From the NCBI GenBank assembly GCA_963620035.1, contig CAVEXN010000003.1, positions 36,374 through 100,373 of the forward strand: DNA of 64,000 nt. The letters are read 5' to 3'. The stretch's first letter is position 1; every line of letters starts with the position of its first letter. The notes beneath the pieces are model-generated. The model was not told where the DNA came from. It did not search any database and saw nothing but the letters and a program-made list of their open reading frames with translations. Made by a program: the position numbers and the translations under genes. The DNA comes from Oscillospiraceae bacterium (GTDB lineage Bacteria; Bacteroidota; Bacteroidia; Bacteroidales; WCHB1-69). This document shows, one piece after another, positions 61,901 through 64,000 of this stretch.

Positions 61901-63552
61901 TGGTAACGCCCGAAATCGACTTGACCCCACTGACCAACCCGACGCTCATGTTTGACCTTGCCTTGACCGACTACAACAATGCAAACCCGGTTGAAGACAC
62001 GGCAGGACAACCTGACGACCGCTTCATCGTGATGATTTCAACCGACGGCGGCGCAACCTGGAACATGAACAACGCTACTGTCTGGAACAATAACGGCACG
62101 GGCGACTATGTATTCAACCACATCTCCAACATGGGCGACCAGGTGAGCATCTCGCTGGCACAGTATGCCGGACAGAACATTCGTATCGCGTTCTACGGAG
62201 AGTCAACAGTTTCCAATGGCGACAACGACCTGCACATTGACAACCTGGTTGTGGATGAGCCTATCACGTGTTTGAGACCCTCTGGTCTTTCCTTTACCGC
62301 CACCACAGACAATTCCGCAGCCATCTCCTGGACAGAGAACGGAACAGCTACCGCTTGGAACATTGAATACGGTCCTGCCGGTTTCACACCGGGCTCTGGC
62401 ACTATGGTAGCAGTTACCGCTACTTCTTACACCTTGACGGGTCTTACGTCCAATACCGCTTACGACGTTTACGTACAGTCTGACTGCGGCGCAGGCGATG
62501 CCAGCCTTTGGACCGGCCCCGTCTCATTCTCTACCGCATGCGTTGCTTCTGACCTCCCGTTCGTAGAACTCTTCAACAACCTCACATCTGGAAGCATCCC
62601 TAATTGCTGGGACAACGACGAAACCGAGGGCGACGTATCTAATCCTTGGGGTTATACGGCTGAAACAGAAGGTATTGAAGGCGGTTGCGTGAGGTTCGAC
62701 TCATACCTCAATGCCGAGCACGCTGTCAACTACCTCAAGACTCCGCTGCTGAACCTCACGCAGAATGTTGCACTCTCATTCTACTACAAGAACCCCGAAG
62801 CCGGCGACTTCTCCGTCTATATTGAGGTTGCCGGCACACGTACCCTGCTTGAGGCAGGTCTTGTAGGCGCAACAGATTGGACCCGCAAGTCGTATGACCT
62901 TTCGGCTTACAACAACCAGACTGTGCGAATCGTGTTCAAAGGCACGAGCAACTATGGTTACGGCGACGCCTACATCTACCTCGACAGTGTTATGGTAGCA
63001 ACCGTTGCCGGTCCTGAACCTCAACCTGCCGACACGTGCCATGCTCCCGTTTTGACAGTTTCTGCCGTTGACGTGAACAGTGCAACGTTGAGCTGGACGC
63101 AGGAAGGCACTCCCGACAGCTGGACACTCTATTACAGAAAAGGCACGGACGCTTGGACTACCGTGAATATCACCGCACCGTCTCCGTACGTCCTCACCGA
63201 TCTGATGGCCGAAAGTGCTTACGAGGCTTATATGGTGGCCAATTGCGACAACGTTGAGAGTGCGCACTCCAACACGGTGAACTTCACAACCTTGCCCGAT
63301 GGCGTTGAGGATTACTTGCTTGGACAAACCAAACTCTATCCTAACCCCACCAGCAGTTATGTGACCATAGCCAACAGCAACTGCATGATTGAGACGATTG
63401 AGGTCTATGACGTTTATGGCAAGACCCTGCACGTGCAGCAAGTGAACGACCACACGGCTGTGCTTTCTGCCGACGGTCTGGCTAACGGCATGTACTTTGT
63501 ACGGATCGTTACCGACAAGGGTGTGGTTGTCAAACCTTTCACCAAACGGTAA
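55996..63552 (+). CDS. Giant (2518 aa) T9SS-secreted multidomain surface protein (FN3 repeats, choice-of-anchor-J/MAM-like domains, unknown 176-aa module)
   Basis: Signal peptide 'MKKNLLVWLSVLMMLPWALQA'. Many FN3-like units ending '...Y.V.VR..C......S......FTT'. Three domains contain 'DDRF(I/M)V..STDGGATW...LAQYAGQ.(V/I)RIAFYGES...LHI.N'. T9SS CTD at 63331-63549 ('KLYPNPTSSYVTI...GMYFVRIVTDKGVVVKPFTKR'). Confidence 0.85.
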   Translation: MKKNLLVWLSVLMMLPWALQAQSYYTEDFESLSSGLPTGWTHISSSGTVAVQTASTYACGGTHSLKFSGSTENIVAMPALNVEINTVELTFSTKPEVTYSSCGSFQVGYVTSLTGFTTFTPVATYNVSQFSGCQQFTVSFTGAPAGSYIAFRHQPLSTYYFWFLDDINVSAAPSCTAAGEIMAENITYNSADLSWTGCESATGYQVAYSTGSTRDENAVVVNATSSTFALTNLNSDTRYYVWVRSICGTDSARWSTSINFTTQVSCYPVVNASASEIGFDQALVSWSTVDTIGLLPSSVQIEYKSSRDNDWTTDVTTNEYYNLTNLTPSTSYTVRLRTLCDNDNDTAAVKTVTFTTTARCAAVLNAQVAEVTGDKALITWDLNENVGLEPSSVLIQYKLANETQWTSETTTENYWFLTGLNPGSTYNVSLRTLCDNDNDTASVQSLSVSTSICGEICDNHSQNSYYVPFYSNYNYGYSQTIYPATQLAGLDTITGIAFYVKTANTRNRTIDLYIGHTNQTTLSTSNYIAVGNMSKKTDNYTLDVSTTGWVVIPFSTPFVYDRSSNIVVAVDNNTGGYGSFQFASHNATEGNAVYWYSDYTNTQPGNPNADYSGVSDLVPDIRFIGNCLDPDCVAPMAMLTGVTATTADLVWVAGDDETEWVVEYKLNSETEWTEASSVTTTAYTITDLNTSSYYNFRVGSICTDDTLYTGTISAWTACDAIVAPYAEDFETFSTMVSPCWEFYSGAASDTVTHTSDLSAPSNGWKFTNTYAFGLIHASLNIYGTDRYAWMITPAFDLSSLSTPTLTFDMALTKYGSSDPIPDSTRQQDDRFIVLVSTDNGATWNMSTATIWDNTATAAHRYDYISTTGEQVSIPLAQFAGQTVRIAFYGESTQSGGDNELHIDNLSVSEPITCLKPKNLAASNSTSSSVDLSWTETGTATDWIVEYVSGTEAPVSVNVSGTPSTTVTGLEYNTEYTFTVRAYCAEGDTSAVSTPISAKTDCGIVSLPLDENFDSYPTNYGSYSFPDCWGRIRATGTNYPYINTTNHSAPNGLYFYQSTYSGNITSYVVSPEIDNSVQMNQLFTRFWCKKSSGSGFVVVGIMSDPADATTFVPVDSINANSTTWTEYEVDFSQYSGNGHYVAYRSQIDTPNVTYFSMYLDDIHIDYIPTCLRPNGVAVSGITASAANVTITPRGSETAWDVLCVADTVTDIADAVWETITDTTHVLTGLSGNTDYIVYVRTNCGDATSDMINKAFTTECDAEDAPWTEDFAGFNNSPSVCWKKYTGLASLVFADSAILVSGSNWKFNSSNVFNIGHPRLNNYGTNRCDWLVSPNINLSALTDPALVFDLALTDYNREDVAENAPDDKFMVIVSTDGGATWSADNATVWGDSTANYLYNEIPNTGRQVVLSLAQYAGQTVRIAFYGESTVSNGDNDLHIANVEVGEMPSCSRPNDITFTDVTYNSATAHWTGCPEADSYEIVYGISNQIDAATNVTETVFDTTMAFQDLRSETSYYVWVRAVCGGATSQWSMLSSFTTGISCAPVVNAQVVSVSANAAAIAWEQDFTGGLPVSSVMVSYRQSNQTTWTTATTSDNYYFLSGLTSATTYNVQLRTLCDNDADTSALRTLTFTTSACGIEISGTSSQTSYSSPFSANFKYGYSQTIYPASDLSGLDTIRGVAFYANSQNGMPRIVDVYIAHTTETSLSTTNFIPVANMQQVAIAHSMNISGGWVTIPFTTPFVYDGTSNLVVAVDNNTGGYSAFNWRGHTPTTGNTVYWYQDGSDILPSSPAANSSSTSNIVPDITFVTSCAESDCTAPLLIMSGATATSIDLAWNDNSSDNGWVVEYRTTAQADWIEATNTMADNYTITGLTPSTGYEVRIGSLCSTDTLYSNIVETYTECAPIAAPYSQDFDSFTTLPRCWERYSGIPSDTVTHTANLTETTIGWTFSKTSVFGLRHAAINIYGSSIKYWLVTPEIDLTPLTNPTLMFDLALTDYNNANPVEDTAGQPDDRFIVMISTDGGATWNMNNATVWNNNGTGDYVFNHISNMGDQVSISLAQYAGQNIRIAFYGESTVSNGDNDLHIDNLVVDEPITCLRPSGLSFTATTDNSAAISWTENGTATAWNIEYGPAGFTPGSGTMVAVTATSYTLTGLTSNTAYDVYVQSDCGAGDASLWTGPVSFSTACVASDLPFVELFNNLTSGSIPNCWDNDETEGDVSNPWGYTAETEGIEGGCVRFDSYLNAEHAVNYLKTPLLNLTQNVALSFYYKNPEAGDFSVYIEVAGTRTLLEAGLVGATDWTRKSYDLSAYNNQTVRIVFKGTSNYGYGDAYIYLDSVMVATVAGPEPQPADTCHAPVLTVSAVDVNSATLSWTQEGTPDSWTLYYRKGTDAWTTVNITAPSPYVLTDLMAESAYEAYMVANCDNVESAHSNTVNFTTLPDGVEDYLLGQTKLYPNPTSSYVTIANSNCMIETIEVYDVYGKTLHVQQVNDHTAVLSADGLANGMYFVRIVTDKGVVVKPFTKR
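56515..60333 (+). repeat. Intragenic super-repeat copy 1 (aa 174-1446)
   Basis: Module order: FN3a-FN3b-FN3c-X-FN3d-CoAJ-FN3e-MAM-like-FN3f-CoAJ. Matches copy 2 module by module, for example 'YYVWVRSICG' vs 'YYVWVRAVCG' and 'LRTLCDNDNDT' vs 'LRTLCDNDADT'. Confidence 0.8.
60334..63291 (+). repeat. Intragenic super-repeat copy 2 (aa 1447-2432)
   Basis: Same module order as copy 1, minus FN3c and the terminal CoAJ domain. It is diverged at the nucleotide level. Confidence 0.8.
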
Positions 63553-63576
63553 ACCGTTATACGAATAATGAAAAAA

Positions 63577-63602
63577 GGGAGGCTTTCGTCTCCCTTTTTT
63601 TT
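63577..63602 (+). terminator. Intrinsic terminator of the giant gene
   Basis: AAAAAA GGGAGGC tttc GTCTCCC TTTTTTTT. The stem is 7 bp including one G:T pair. Confidence 0.75.
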
Positions 63603-63620
63603 GTCCGGCGCGCAATCCTC

Positions 63621-63722
63621 AGGCTGACTTAAGACTTAAGACGTATGATGAAAGATGGAACAATATGCGTAACGCATCTAAGATCCAAGATCTAAAGTCT
63701 GATTCGTGCGCTAGCCGTGCAA
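63621..63722 (+). repeat. Intergenic repeat element, copy 2 (core)
   Basis: Shares ordered blocks with the reverse complement of 1561-1662 (see copy 1). Contains heptamers ATCTAAG ATCCAAG ATCTAAA. Confidence 0.75.
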
Positions 63723-63758
63723 GTACGATTATTCAGCATTATATGTCGGAAAAAACAT

Positions 63759-63766
63759 TACCTTTG
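63759..63766 (+). promoter_or_regulatory. Candidate -7 box TACCTTTG followed by CCGGC
   Basis: Lies 24 nt upstream of the ATG at 63791. The geometry and the trailing CCGGC match the trkA box at 1512-1524. Confidence 0.5.
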
Positions 63767-63790
63767 CCGGCATACTATCAGCAGCCAACG

Positions 63791-64000
63791 ATGAACCAAA
63801 AACAAAAACAGGAGATCATAGAAAGCGGAAAAGATTTCTTCCGTTCAACAATAATCCCAAACCATATAAAGAACCTTGAGAGCCTTAGCCTGAAGAGCTT
63901 TAATATCAACCCTTTTCTGATAAACTATTTGGCCGCATTTCTTTGCGGTAATACTGAACCCGAAAGTATAGCGAAAGCCTTGGTTTATCCGCGAGTTCTT
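63791..64000 (+). CDS. Hypothetical protein, N-terminal 70 codons (runs off the right edge)
   Basis: Hand translation: MNQKQKQEIIESGKDFFRSTIIPNHIKNLESLSLKSFNINPFLINYLAAFLCGNTEPESIAKALVYPRVL. Open to the window end and has its own -7 box. Confidence 0.6.
   Translation, partial: MNQKQKQEIIESGKDFFRSTIIPNHIKNLESLSLKSFNINPFLINYLAAFLCGNTEPESIAKALVYPRVL

Overview
This looks like a chromosomal segment of a Bacteroidota (Bacteroidales-like) bacterium. The taxon is an inference from T9SS C-terminal sorting domains, a GldB homologue, DUF4249/DUF1573 families, the nusB-DUF1573-yajC-coaE gene order and TAnnTTTG -7 promoter boxes. I count about 55 protein genes and one tRNA-Arg(CCT). I saw no rRNA, CRISPR array, transposase or integrase. 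Content from left to right: (1) trkH (partial), trkA and an aminotransferase. (2) A redox/H2 cluster: rex, Fe-ADH, a [2Fe-2S] ferredoxin, a PAS-containing sensory-type [FeFe]-hydrogenase (HydS-like), a PP2C phosphatase, a catalytic [FeFe]-hydrogenase, adk and a fused NfnAB. (3) A C69 dipeptidase, a putative porin, a 1000-aa TPR protein, an OmpA-like lipoprotein, mutY, tadA and a WYL regulator. (4) An ~11 kb block (about 24.2-35.3 kb) with clearly lower GC and different codon choice. It carries an orphan DUF4249 lipoprotein, a pseudo-receiver LytTR regulator, the tRNA, mnmG, ybeY, a T9SS SGNH protein, a 1115-aa DUF4175-like coiled-coil protein and a LutB-like Fe-S protein. (5) rpiB, an MFS transporter, a lytic transglycosylase, a polyprenyl synthase, mrdA, rodA, gpsA and an alkaline phosphatase. 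(6) nusB, DUF1573, yajC, coaE and ssb. (7) An 800-codon ORF joining an aldehyde dehydrogenase in frame to a GldB-like lipoprotein. (8) A 2518-aa T9SS surface protein built as a two-fold super-repeat. A ~100-nt intergenic element with tandem heptamers occurs twice in inverted orientation (near 1.6 kb and 63.65 kb), each time between a T-run and a -7 promoter box. The candidates most worth follow-up are the kinase-less HydS/PP2C cluster, the low-GC block, the repeated intergenic module, the ALDH-GldB in-frame junction and an orphan attenuator-like terminator at 36.2 kb.
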